From the NCBI GenBank assembly GCA_951406725.2, contig OX597827.1, positions 6,510,001-6,574,000 on the forward strand: DNA of 64,000 bases, read 5' to 3'. The notes below the pieces were generated by a model. It was not told the origin of the DNA and did no database searches. It saw nothing but the letters and a program-made list of their open reading frames with translations. Shown piece by piece: positions 13,398-27,214 of the stretch. A program made the position numbers and the translations under genes. Every line of letters begins with the position of its first letter. The first letter of the stretch is position 1. The stretch comes from Octopus vulgaris (lineage: Eukaryota).

Positions 13398-13434
13398 CTT
13401 TCTGTGGAAGAGCATAGGCTCGAAACGTTAAAGA
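13398..13434 (+). ncRNA. Minimal hammerhead-like motif (A6U variant), same family (~13340-13530)
   Basis: CUUU-CUGUGGA-AGAGC-AUAG-GCUC-GAAA-CGUU-AAAG; element ends in (TA)n. Confidence 0.55.
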
Positions 13435-13540
13435 CTTTTTCACTTCCCAAGCATTAAACTAATACATCTGTTTGTTGTCTACTCCACCTGTCTGCATCTT
13501 TTGGGGTTTTTTTTGTGAATTCTCCCCCTACATATATATA

Positions 13541-13594
<54 letters not shown>

Positions 13595-13845
13595 GAAGTA
13601 AAAAACAGGATTAAAAGATCCTGGCAGATATCAATAAAGCACAAAGAATTAAAAGAATTTGCTTATTTAACAACTAGACACCAGTAAATGTAAGTAGAAC
13701 ACAGATCCCAGGTACATCTTCATGCAAACAGGTAAATCCAAATATTCTTTGACAGAATTTCAAGAAGTTCAGAGTATTTGGCGACAAAAAAGATGACTAG
13801 AGAAAATTACCTCTTTATTGTAGATATCTGACAACGGTTTCTATT

Positions 13846-13892
<47 letters not shown>

Positions 13893-13893
<1 letters not shown>

Positions 13894-14440
13894 GAGCAAA
13901 ATGCCCCCACCCCGTCCAATGGATGGTGCTGAGTTGTCAAACATTTAAACCAAATTTTCTCAAAACAACTTGTCCGACCGTCCCATAGGCCTCCCCTTTG
14001 AGAAACACTGATTTAACCTAAATTTGAGACACCAGCAAAAGAAGAAATAACGATAGACTTTTTTCTATTCCAAAGAAAAACGATTTTATTCATGCAAATA
14101 TGCAACCTAAGAGTTTAAAGTACCAGTAATGAAAAGGCTGCTGACTTAGAAAACGCAAACATGGTTTAAACAGTAAGCTTGGCAGGAGAGAAACATGTCT
14201 TTAAGCAGTACAAACACAACAAAAAATGGAAAGTGCAGTTATGTACAGGTTGACGGAAGAAAAGCAGAACAAAAACAGCTTTATCAATTCGCATTCTCAC
14301 CTGGAATCGATTTTTGTAATTTTTTGAAAACTTATACACGCCCTGATACCACCAGCATCTACATATCAAATTTGAGCACAATCAGATGGAGGATGCCCGA
14401 GATCCTAGAAGACACATACACAGACAGACAGAATGGATTT
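13893..14440. mobile_element. Interspersed repeat, probable Helitron-type non-autonomous element
   Basis: Second copy at ~60080-60860 interrupted by SINE A (60241-60643); ends in cagacagacagaatggattttatata. Confidence 0.55.
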
Positions 14441-14516
<76 letters not shown>

Positions 14517-14555
14517 TGGAATAATTACTGAATAATTATGTCAAGCATTGTGTAG

Positions 14556-14928
14556 AATATATTGTATTAAAATATGGTGGGTAAGGGCAAAACAATGTGA
14601 AGTAAATGCTAGGTAAATCACAAGAAAACAAATATGTGAATTAATGTAGACTTACCTTGTATTCAATATTTTGGGGTTATGACCCCATTTTCAAGAAATT
14701 GATGAATGTTGCCAATCTGCATGTGTGTGAGAGCGTGGGTGGACTCCACGTGCTCACACACATGCAGATTGGCAACATTCATCAATTTCTTGAAAATGGG
14801 GTCATAACCCCAAAATATTGAATACAAGGTAAGTCTACATTAATTCACATATTTGTTTTCTTGTGATTTACCTAGCATTTACTTCACATTGTTTTGCCCT
14901 TACCCATGGTCTTTTAATACAATATATT
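14556..14928. repeat. Long fold-back inverted repeat
   Basis: 14578-14731 is the reverse complement of 14753-14906 (154 bp), with an outer extension 14556-14572/14912-14928. Confidence 0.95.
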
Positions 14929-15701
14929 GAAAGAGCAGAAGAAGTGAAAGGTGTATGTACGTGTATATAAAATGAATGTCTGTGTGTGTTTGCATGTGTG
15001 TGTATGTGTATGTGAGGGAGAGAGAGAGTGAATGTGTATGCTGTCGTGTATGTGTTTTTTGCATGCATGTGTAAATGGCAATCGCTCTCTCTTTCTCTCT
15101 CTCTCCCTCTCTCACTCACACACACATACATTATCTTTCATATACACATACATAAATACAAATGTATACATCTTCTGAATGGTGAGGAATCCTACATTGG
15201 GAGTGGTAACGACTAGGGTAGGGTAACTCACTGCTTATTGTGATCATTCGTCTTTTGGTTTCCTGTAGCTTTGCTCTCTTTTACAAACCCAGTGAACATA
15301 TATTTCCTATTTCAAAGAAATTCAAACAATAGATATAAGACCCAAATTAAAAAGATTCTCAGCAATTCAACTTCTCTGGTTGACATTAAGATGCCCACCC
15401 CCAACAGGGGCCTTGACTCTCACATTTTAGAGCTCCATGAGCTTCATTTTTCAGGAGTAAAATCTTTTTAACAGGTTCAATTAGACTGAAATTTTGGAAT
15501 ATGCGCATAAAAATCAGTAGTATGGGATACATGTGGCACGATTAAAATTTTTTTTAGGGTGTGTAAAGAGTGAAATAACCCTCATCAGCAATTTTGATAA
15601 AATTCGAAACATAGATATTCCAGTTCATTACAGAAAATATAACAGAAAAGTCTAATTCTTCAATTGCATGTAACATGGGCAACACCGGGTATCTCTGCTA
15701 G

Positions 15702-15794
<93 letters not shown>

Positions 15795-15801
15795 GTATAT
15801 A

Positions 15802-15856
<55 letters not shown>

Positions 15857-16287
15857 GCATGTATGTATATACATATTGTTAGCTTTTTTAACGTGTGTTC
15901 TATAATAAAGATGTAAATTTTTCAATACATATCTTTTGTTATAGGCTCTGGTAGGGTGTAAAGTTATGGAATTTCCAGAGAAACACCAAACCTAACAACT
16001 GGGCTGTTGACACTGTTTGGTTCTAAGCCAAATCTGGAATTCCTCAGGTATAAGCCAAAAGGCAACGTCTGGAAGGTGTACAATGTGACAGCAAGTCTGA
16101 TGAAGTGCCTCTTTAACTTCTAAAACTGCAAACATTACGTAAATTTTCATTTTGAATTTTTGTGTAAATTGGTATTGCAAATAAAGTTGGTACAGAAACA
16201 ATTCTTGCAAATCATTAATGATGTGTCAAAGAATTGTCTTTGTCTTCTCCTTATCATTTGGATTATTAACTCTTTCATTTTATATAT

Positions 16288-16323
<36 letters not shown>

Positions 16324-17683
16324 GTTTAGCGTCCGCTTTCCATGCTAGCATGGGTTGGACGGTTCAACTGGGGTCTGGGAAGCCAGAAGGCTGCACCAGG
16401 CCCAGTTTGATCTGGCAATGTTTCTACGGCTGGATGCCCTTCCTAACGCCAACCACTCCATGAGTGTAGTGGGTGCTTTTTACGTGCCACCGGCACAGGT
16501 GCCAGATGAGTCTTGCAAACGGCCACGATCGGATGGTGCTTTTTATGTGCCACCGGCACGCGGGCCAGGCGAGCCTGGCAATGGCCACAAACGGATGGTG
16601 CTTTTATATATATATATATATATATATATTCAATCATAAACTTGCTTCACCTAATTTAAGTAACTAAGCTAGTTTGTTGAAATGTTATAGCTGTTTTTTA
16701 ATATGGTGCATAATGTTGTGTGTATATTATACATTCATAAGTGGATACATGTTTAGCCCTTCTGGGATTTAGCATGAACACAATATTATAAATGCCTCAC
16801 TGAGCTATATACAATATACAACTATAAACAAATCTATTAAGCTCACTATAGAAATATAAAAATATGTATGATTCCTACTGAAAAGAGGGAGATCTATATA
16901 ATGCTAAAGAAATGAGTTATCCAAAAATATACTGGTCCAGTGGGCACACTATGGTTAAAAGCTACATTCCAAATATGCTGTGTGGTTTTATGTATCTTGA
17001 ATTACATGTATTGTGTAATAAGTTAGTAGAATATACATAAAGTGTATTCTGTTGATCTAATACTGAACGAATTGCAGTTTTACAGGCCATAAAAAGGTGT
17101 GATAATGGCTGCAATTAAAGCATCAGAGATATGTCTGTTTTCTCAAACAAGTATCCCTGAGGAAAAAGAGAATATTAGTTTCAATCTTATCAAGAATTTT
17201 CTGTAAGAACGGCAAAGAAGCTATTCCAAGAACTAGTCCATGTCATTCCCAACAGGATCAAGCTGTTGGTTTATACAGAATAGTTTTATTGGTGATCAGA
17301 TCGTTGCCACACTATCTGACTTTATAGACACAGCTTTAATTTCTTTGGATGTGTTTCTAACAATGGCAAAGCAAGGAATCATTCGCAAATGAAAACATGA
17401 GATAGTTGTGGTGGAAAGATTAAGGCAAAGAGAAGGTACTAAAAAAAAAAAGAAAGACAGGGATATTGCTGCTGTTTGTATTTCGGTGTATGGTTTTAAA
17501 TGGTTGAATAGAGTGGAAGTGGATAAGATATTATTTCGATGAAAATTTTTTTTTCTGTTTATAAATAATAATATTAAAAAGAATAAAGAAAGAATTTAGC
17601 TCTTTCAGTTTGCAAATGATATTCATTAGATCATCACCATCGCTATCACACCACCACCACCAACACCACCACCACCACCACCG

Positions 17684-17725
<42 letters not shown>

Positions 17726-17966
17726 CCATCGCTATCACACCACTACCACCACTACCACCATCACCGTCATCATCATCATCATCGTTGTTGGTGTGGTTGT
17801 CGGCTGTCATCATCACTGATGCAAGAGTGATTAGAAAAAAGACAAGTAAACCCTCGTGGGAATAAAATAATATTCTTCTTATTTACTACCTTAATATTTA
17901 CTTCTCCAGCCTGCATTATTAAGAATTTTTAATAAACTTTTCCTTAAGTTCTGCTAAAATGTGAAT

Positions 17967-18004
<38 letters not shown>

Positions 18005-18877
18005 ACATATATACATGTGTGTGTATGTATATATATATATATATTTATATTTATTTGTATGTATGTATATACATGCGTAAGTGCAGGCATGGCTGTGGGG
18101 TGAGACTTGTGCTTCCCATTCCCAACCACATAGTTCCAAGTTCAATCCCACAGCATGGAACCTTGGGCATGTGACTTCTACTATAGCCTTGTGAATGGAT
18201 TTGGCAAGCAGAGACTGAAGGATGCCTCTCAGGTGTGTGTCAGTATGTGTCTGTGTGCTTGTGTATGTGTGTGTGTGTGTGTGTTTGCCCCACACCACTA
18301 CTTCACAATTGTTGTTAGTGTGTTTACATCCCTATAACTTAACAGTCCAGCAAAAGAGACTGTTAAAATCAGTACCAGGCTTTTAAAACAAGTAAGTGAT
18401 GGGGCCAATTCGTTCGACAAATTATTCTTCAAGGTAGTGCCCCAACATGGCCGCAGTCTTTTGACTGGAACAAGTAAAAGATAAAAGACAACATTAGTAT
18501 TCTGTGTCATGATTTTTATATGTGTGTGTGTGTGTATGTGTGTGCAAAAGTAGTAATAGCATGGTAAAAATGATGGTGGTGATGATATATGAGGGTGTGT
18601 ACACAAATATATACACCCACACATACACATGCACACATTAACCTTTGCTCTTCGATGACCATATTTCTGGTGAAATGTACTACTTATACAATCCTAATCT
18701 CAAAAAATTACTGTGGAGGTTGTTTTATAACAGAGGATACTGCATTATTTACCTCGAGAGAAACTCACATAATGGCTCATGGTACATAACAAGCACTCAA
18801 AATTATATCGTTGAAGACAAGAATCATCTGCTGTGGCTGCTGGAACTACCAGTGCCTGAATACACACTGAAATTCTA

Positions 18878-19439
18878 CTGGGTTGTCCAGAAAGTTTGTG
18901 GCGATTTTTGAAGGAAAGAAAAAGGTCAATAAATACTTGCCATTACATTTTTAATCAACCAAATATGAACAATTTTGTTGTACAATGCGTCTCCATCTTT
19001 AGTTTAACTTGAAAATACCCTCTTCCCAGAATTGAGGGGGTTTTCCTGGCAAAGAATTCATCAAGGTATCTTTTTACATCATCCAAGGAATTGAAATTTT
19101 TACCCTTAAGACTATTCTGCAGAGACCCGAATAAGAAGAAATCTGAAGGAGCAATATCTGGGGAATATGGAGGGTGAGGTAACACATCCCAGCCAAGCTG
19201 CAGCAATTTTTGTTCCCAAAGTATCAAGTGCTGAAAATGAACTTTCTTTTCTTCCATTTTAAAGGGTTACAGAATTAACAGAGGTTATAGGAACATAAGC
19301 CTTCTTCCACGAAAAGATAGCTTAAACTGTGCTCTAAATGGAGGTGTAGTCAAATCCTATTTTATGGACTCAACCATGTTCTAAAATAAGTCGAAATGTA
19401 AGCTACTATAAATCGGCATGAACTTTCCAGACAACCCAA
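18878..19439 (-). mobile_element. Internally deleted mariner element
   Basis: TIRs tgggttgtccagaaagtt/aactttccagacaaccca flanked by TA; transposase motif WDVLPHPPYSPDIAPSDFFLF. Confidence 0.88.
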
Positions 19440-19747
19440 TACATATTGTTGATAGAATAATTCAGCTGTTATTGCACTGTTGGAAATCTGTCACTGAGGA
19501 ATCCATTGCAGGGTGAAATCTCATGATCTGGTGGTTAAGGCAGCCATAGCAGACAATTCCTATCTGTCAATGATATAATGATGAGTGCTTTTATGTACCA
19601 CAAGTACTTACGAGAACTTCTCGCTAGTTTTCTGTGTTCTAACACAACCTCCATATTAAATTTGATATCAAGATTACCTTTTCACATTAATACCACTTCT
19701 GTCACAATTATACACTACCTATATATTTCATTTAAATTTAATCATGT

Positions 19748-20262
19748 GCTGGTGCGTGGCTTAGTGGTTAGGGTGTCAGCACCATGATCGTAAGATTGTG
19801 GTTTCGATTCCTAGACCGGGCAACGAGTTGTGTTCTTGAGCAAAACACTTCATTTCACATTGCTCCAGTCCACTCAGCTGGCAAAAGTGAGTAAGGCTAC
19901 GATGGACTGGCGTCCCGTCCAGCTGGGGAACACATACGCCATAGAAACCAGGAAAATGGGCCCGTGAGCCTGGCTAGGCTTTAAAAGGGCGCATTTATTA
20001 TTAAGTGGAGGTGCGTGGCTTAGTGGTTAGGGTTTTAGCACCATGATTGTAAGATTGTGGTTTCGATTCCTGGACAGGGTGACGCGTTGTGTTCTTGAGC
20101 AAAGCACTTCATTTCATGTTCCTCCAGTCCACTCAGCTGGCAAAAATGAGTGACGCTGCGATGGACTGGCATCCTGTCCAGCTGGGGAACACATATGCTA
20201 TAGAAACCGGGAAGCCGGGCCCATGAGCCTGGCTAGGGCTTTAAAAGGGTGCGTTTATTTTT
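19748..20262 (+). mobile_element. Head-to-tail dimer of tRNA-derived SINE family C (V-domain-like segment)
   Basis: Two ~255 bp copies of gtggcttagtggttagg...ctgcgatggactggcgtcccgtccag...aaaagggcgcatttatt. Confidence 0.85.
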
Positions 20263-20884
20263 TTTTAATAAATTTAATCATAATGAAGAATTTGAAAGAA
20301 TTTATTTAAATAACTAAACTTTTCCTAATTAACCTGGTGTTTGAATTATAATTGAATTAAACATTAATACATAAAATTATGATGGAAGGTTTTAATTAGA
20401 ATTTAAATATGAACACTCTAAAAAAAAAAAGCATGCAGTTCTGTATCAAAGAACCAAATGTAGCCTCAGGCACATTGGAATCAAAATGGTTAAAGTTGGA
20501 ATAGGAGTGGGGCATTGTGTTTTTTCCTCACACAAAATTAGTTGAAAATGACATGGTTGTGAGTAAGAGGTTACCTAAAAGGGCGTGTGTATGGGGTTAA
20601 AATGTGGGACTATTAACTAAACAGTCAAGAGTTCAAATCCACCTACGATGATATGTTGTATCAACCCACGTTATCAAATTACATCAATTAACTTGATTCG
20701 AAAAATAATTCATGCATAGTTGACAGCAACCAATAGGGAATTCAGCCCCTAACAATCCCTTTAATGTACACGCATACAAACATATACACACACACCCATG
20801 AACACACATACACACATGAACATACACACACTCCTCTTTTATACGGTCAGGACATGCGTGTGTGTTTAAGATTGCGTTGAATCA

Positions 20885-20923
<39 letters not shown>

Positions 20924-21187
20924 CATACATACATGCATACACACACACATACACATATATTTGGCAAATCAAAAATTAAAAACAACAAAAGTCAGAAATA
21001 CAGACACATTGACTGTATTAAGTTGACATTCAGTATAAAATATAAAAAATGTTTCAGTATCAAATGTTTCAAGTATGACTTTTCATAAGAAAGGAGACAG
21101 AAGGAAAAAGTTCAAGAAAAGTATGTGTGTGGTTACAAACACACACACTCTCTCTCACACATGCACACACATGTACATATATGTATA

Positions 21188-21274
<87 letters not shown>

Positions 21275-21398
21275 GTAAAATTAATCAGCCGAAATTGCAA
21301 GGATGATCCGGTTCTTGACTGAAGATTAAAGGCTTCGAATGACCGTCCGTGTTTTTTGTATCATCTATTTGGATGTTTTGCGTTGTTGTCCTATTCTG

Positions 21399-21476
<78 letters not shown>

Positions 21477-21649
21477 TTATATATATACAATAAAATAATT
21501 TTCAAAATTTCAACTTTAATTTAAATATTTGAATTTTGAATTTTATATTTTATATATTTTTATTAATTAATTTTATTTCTATGTATTGGTTTATGATTTT
21601 CACTGTTTGATTTGCCTAATAGTGGTTTTATCTCTAGTTTAATATAATA

Positions 21650-21778
<129 letters not shown>

Positions 21779-21785
21779 ATACATA

Positions 21786-22024
21786 CAGAGTGGCCTAAAA
21801 GTAGGTTTACAGTTATCACGTAAGGTCTCTAAATTTCTTTTAAAACATTTTATTACATTTAAATTTCTCTCTTACAATTAACTAAATTAGCATAGACTTG
21901 TTTTATTTATATTCCTGAGCTCCATATTTTTTTCATATTTTTTTATGATTAAGATCTAAACTGTTGATACATGAAAAGTAAAGAGATAGTTGAATAACTG
22001 TAAACCTACTTTTGGGCCACCCTG
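21786..22024. mobile_element. Tc1/mariner-type MITE
   Basis: TA|cagagtggcctaaaagtaggtttacagttat ... ataactgtaaacctacttttgggccaccctg|TA. Confidence 0.85.
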
Positions 22025-22149
22025 TATGTGTATGTGTTTGTGTGTGATAGATAAAACGATATACAGATAGACAGATCGATGTGTAGGTGTTTGTGTTGGT
22101 GTTCATCATGATACATATTGCGATCTTGACATATGATTTAATCTTAGAC

Positions 22150-22900
22150 ATGAACTATGAATCATAGATATGCATAGTCAGGAAAACTATAATCCTAGAT
22201 TATCTGGAAAAATTTAATCCTTGATGATGCAGGCTTTATAATCTGCATCATCAAGGATTACAATTTTCTGAGATAGAGATCATTTGAAAAATTATATTTC
22301 TACATCCATGTTGTCAGAAAAATTATTAAACTTAATTACAGTCTTAAATAAACTGAGTCTGGAAAATTATAATCCTAAATATACCTGTTCTGTAGAAAGT
22401 TATAATCCTTGTAATCCTAGTAACATATTGCAATCTTAGATACATATTATAATCCTAGAATATTATAATCTTTAATGATATAGGTTATAATTCTAGATAC
22501 AGAATCCTTAAGAAATTGTAACTCCAGATAAATGCTGAAATTCAGGATCACATTATGGTCCTAGTCTAGAAAAATATGATCCTAGATACACATTGAAAAA
22601 TTGTATTCCTAGATGTTGTTGTGCCTAATCATAGACTTTTATAATCTGAAAAATTGCCATGGCAGTGCCCCACTTTGTACACTTAACAATCCTTAAACAT
22701 GGATTGTCTGGAAAATTGTCATTATAGATAGAACATGTTATCTTAAATGATTTTCCATAATCCAAGGTGCACAGTCTGGAAAATTATAATCTAAGATACA
22801 TGTTATGTAGAAAATTGTAATCTTTGGTAATACATATTGTAATACTAGACATATATTGAAATCCCAAGTCTGATTATAATCCTAGTTACACATAATTATA
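22150..22900. repeat. Degenerate minisatellite (gaaaattataatcctagata motif), resuming at ~24800-25300
   Basis: Many diverged copies of aaaattataatcctagata / aaattgtaatc. Confidence 0.6.
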
Positions 22901-22995
22901 ATTCTCTCTCTCTTTCTCTCTCTCTATATATATATATACATATATATATGCTCCTGCATGCATTTTTTTTCTCTCCTTGTTTTTTTTTCTGTGTA

Positions 22996-23033
22996 TCTTT
23001 CTGTCGAAGAGCGTAGGCTCGAAACGTAAAAGA
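22996..23033 (+). ncRNA. Minimal hammerhead-like motif (A6U variant) in a ~180 bp (TA)n-flanked element (~22950-23125)
   Basis: UCUUU-CUGUCGA-AGAGC-GUAG-GCUC-GAAA-CGUA-AAAGA. Confidence 0.6.
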
Positions 23034-23122
23034 CTTGTTTTATTTCTATTCCTGAGCGCCATACTAATACAATTGTTTGTTTGTATTCCACCTGCCTTCA
23101 TCTTTTGTCTATTTTCGTAAAG

Positions 23123-23179
<57 letters not shown>

Positions 23180-25396
23180 TGAATTATAATTATAATCCTC
23201 TATACACATTGAATTATATTTATAATCCAATACTACAGGGTGCTAAAAGTGGATGTTTGTGGTTTTCATCACTGTTTACAATTTTGTTCCAATTGTTTTC
23301 AAATTTGATATATGGATTAAGCTTTGTATACTAATTATGATAATGAAATATATTTTCCCTATAAATCCATAACTAAAAAGTTATAGACCCAGGAGTGGGT
23401 GTGTGGTAAGTAGCTTGTTTACCAACCACATGGTTCCGGGTTCATTCCCACTGTGTGGCACCTTGGGCAAGTGCCTTCTACTATAGCCTCAGGCTGACCA
23501 AAGCCTTGTGAGTGGATTTGGTAGACGGAAACTGAAAGAAGCCCGTCGTATATATGTATGCGTGTGTATGTTTATGTGTCTGTGTTTGTCCCCCCCCCCA
23601 ACATCACTTGACAACCAATGGTGGTGTGTTTGCATCCCCGTAACTAGCAGTTCAACAAAATAGACCGATAGAATAAGTAATAGGCTTACAATGAATAAGA
23701 CTCGGGGTCGATTTGCTCAACTAAAGGGGGTACTCCAGCATGGCTGCAGTCAAATGACTGAAACAAGTAAAAGAGTAGCCTTTAAAATTTGCAAAATTTG
23801 AGTATTTTAACCAATCAGAAGTATTTTACACATCACTGTGGCGAAAAACTTTGTTTCCATAGTAATCAAAGATGCTGCGCATATGCACAAGGAGGAGTAA
23901 GATAATCTTCTTCTATAATAAAACTCTAGTGTTTTTTCTCCGTTATAACATATGAATGGGAAAGGAAGCAGTGATAGATGAATAAGGCAGGAAGGGGTGA
24001 AGGCAAACTGGTAGTGGGCGCATTTCAACTCTGTGTTAGTATATGTGTGTGTATGTAAAAAGAAGGTATGTGACTCTGTGTGTGTGTGTGTATGTGTGTG
24101 TGTGTGCGTGTGTGTGTCTTGCAAAGTTACGTTCTTGAATTTTTGTAACTAATAAGTGCCTGTTTTAAACAAAGATTTCACTGTTATTTCTAGCAACTCC
24201 TGTTGGTTTGTTTGTTCATAGCTTTTAAATATTTCATTTGCTCACGAATGTTTTAATGTAAACTTCATTCGTGTATATTTTAATGTTTTGACTGTTATTT
24301 CTAGCAATGTTTTGACATAGCGTTCCCCCCGCCCCTGGTGATGGAAGAGGCAGTAAATGCGTTGTTTTCAGATTGGTTGAAAATTCTGAAAATTAACAAA
24401 CTTTGAACACCTGTAACACTTTTGCAAAATTTTTTATGGAATAAATGAATAACAAATTCGGATTCAGCATCAAAAATTACAAAGATATGATACATTAGAA
24501 AAATTTTTTAAAGATAATTGTAAACTGTGATAAAAACTACAAAGATCCCTAAAGGTTCCTGGTTCTGGGTAAAAGAAAATACAAGAGGATGACTTTTATT
24601 CACCATATTCTCCTCTCAGATTCACACCCTTATTGAAGTGGTCCTTCAGTTTTCCTAAGCCCTGTAAAAGAACTTAGAAGGTTGGACTTCCAACCAAGCC
24701 TTTCACCATACCTTTAAAGCCATGACTTTTTCAGCACACCCTCATGTGCACATTGAACAACTGAAACCCATAATGAGTCAGAGTGTAATATTAGTTATTT
24801 ACTATCTGAAGGATTGTACTATTAGATATAGAGTCTGAAAAAATTGTAATCCTAGACATAAACAATTACTCTTTACTCTTTTACTCTTTTACTTGTTTCA
24901 GTCATTTGACTGTGGCCATGCTGGAGCACCGCCTTTAGTCGAGCAAATCGACCCCGGGACTTATTCTTTGTAAGCCCAGTACTTATTCTATCGGTCTCTT
25001 TTGCCGAACAGCTAAGTGACGGGGACGTAAACACACCAGCATCGGTTGTCAAGCAATGCTAGGGGGACAAACACAGACACACAAATAATCCTATACCTAG
25101 GATTATAATTGACTGCAAAAAATTATAATCCTAGGTATAGATTGCCTGGAATGTTGAAATCTTAATCTTAATGCTATATTGTATTCTTAGAGATTCTCTG
25201 CCAGAAGAATTGTAATCTGAGACATATATTGTCCACCCAGATAAACTTTGTCTGGAAAAAGATGTAAGAAATGTTATAACCAATACTGAAATACCTTTGA
25301 TTATAAGTCTGTTTAGCTACAGCAACAGCAAGAACTTCTCATAAATAAATATAATGATTGAATATAGATTATATAAATATAAGAGCCCAAATATTT

Positions 25397-25828
25397 GAGG
25401 CGCAGGAGTGGCTGTGTGGTAAGTAGCTTGTTTACCAACCACATGGTTCCGGGTTCAGTCCCACTGCGTGGCACCTTGGGCAAGTGTCTTCTACCATAGC
25501 CTCGGTCAACCAAAGCCTTGTGAGTGGATTTGGTAGACGGAAACTGAAAGAAGCCCGTCGTATATATGTATATATATATATATATATATATACATATGTG
25601 TGTGTGTGTGTGTGCGTGTATGTTTGTGTGTCTGTTTGTGCCCCTAGCATTGCTTGACAACCGATGCTGGTGTGTTTACGTCCCCATCACTTAGCGGTTC
25701 AACAAAAAGAGGACCGATAGAATAAGTACTGGGCTTACAAAAAGAATAAGTCCCGGGGTCGAGTTGCTCGACTAAAGGCGGTGCTCCAGCATGGCCACAG
25801 TCAAATGACTGAAACAAGTAAAAGAGTA
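25397..25828 (+). mobile_element. SINE family A, full length
   Basis: Head to tail match to 6441-6868. Other copies at 23390-23777, 27805-28200, 30597-31006 (+) and 24870-25085, 28292-28445 (-). Confidence 0.85.
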
Positions 25829-26207
25829 TAAGACTATATTTTTTTTAATGACGTGATAAGTTCTTTCGCTGTACAAAACAAATATAGATGTCTACAATTA
25901 TTATGAAATGATTGAAATAACAATAGATAAAACACGATATAAATCAATCGTAATCTATTGGGGATCGACCAGAATCTATTAATAACAGCAACACAAACGA
26001 CCTCTGGATGTTTTTAGTTGACCTGCTGTTCTATAAATTAATCTAATGTTAATATAAAATACAAATTAACTCATTCTTAATATAGATTATGAATTTTTCT
26101 CCCCTTTGAATTGCATTTGTTTATGTACTATTTCAGTTAGTAATAATATAAGCATACACAACTGTATAGCTACATATATATATATACGTGTGTGTGCATA
26201 TAATATA

Positions 26208-26605
26208 TCTTTATATATAAAAGTGAGGTTGTGTGCTGTCTGTCTCCTACGATTTAGATTCCTAACTACTCTCACATTTTGCGGTGCAGTGTAACCAAAA
26301 CTGGGTATCTTATAGTCGTGATTCATATCGAGCCCTTCTGGGTATTAGTGCGTGTCTACGATGAGTCTACGATTTTAAAAACAATTTACCCTCATTTTTT
26401 TCCCATTTTTAATGCATTTTTCTTGCTATTATATAAGGGAAGTAACTCTCTAAAAATGTATTATTAAATCTCAGAACGTAAAAAGCAATAGTAACACCCC
26501 CTTTGTGGTTAGCCATATTGAGATGGCTATTATACTTTACATCACTAAAACTGCTTATATAGTTATTTCCCTTACAAACCCGAGCAACGCTGGTCGATAC
26601 TGCTA

Positions 26606-26606
<1 letters not shown>
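26208..26606 (+). mobile_element. Non-autonomous Helitron (same family as 5083-5419)
   Basis: 5' TC, hairpin, CTAG|T. Related 3' ends at ~15450-15701 and ~49540-50367. Confidence 0.8.
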
Positions 26607-26684
<78 letters not shown>

Positions 26685-26881
26685 CATAATATATATATAC
26701 ATATATATATATATATATTATGTAAATAGAAAGATGAATAATAGCAGATTAATCAAAAGTTTAACACCTTGGTATATGGAGGTATATGGTGTTGCAACCG
26801 TGCGTTGGTGCGGATATGAAATTAAAATATTATTGGTGAATTGAAGAAATGGAGCTGAACGAAGATTGAACAGAAATGTTT

Positions 26882-26973
26882 TATTTCATTCTACACGTGT
26901 TTCGAAAGGCACAATTTACCAAAATCCGATTGAATAATGAGACCATATTGTGTCTTTCTTTCAGGAAGAAATA
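26882..26973 (-). ncRNA. Type I hammerhead motif with 1-nt core deletion
   Basis: Minus strand UAUUUCUUC-CUGAAA(G8 missing)-GAAAGACACAAU...AUUGUGCCUUUC-GAAA-CACGUG-UA-GAAUGAAAUA. Stems I and II pair, and the stem III loop is palindromic. Confidence 0.6.
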
Positions 26974-27122
26974 GAAACGTTGAAAAACAAAAACAGAACA
27001 GAGGCGGAGCAAAACAAATCGAAACACGTGTAGAATGAAATAAAACGATTTCTGTTCAATCTTCGTTCAGCTCCATTTCTTCAATTCACCAATAATATAT
27101 ATATATATATGTATATATATGT

Positions 27123-27214
<92 letters not shown>

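Noticed and set aside
14790-14830. Possible decayed hammerhead in the hairpin arm (ttgaaaat-gggg-tcataa-cccc-aaaa)
   Set aside because: Needs three core substitutions and has no convincing stem I; too speculative to call.
21055-21400. Hammerhead-like fragments (minus CUUAUGA...GAAAC near 21060-21095; plus CUGAAGA near 21318)
   Set aside because: First is heavily decayed, second lacks GAAA and stem II; compatible with the element class but not supportable alone.
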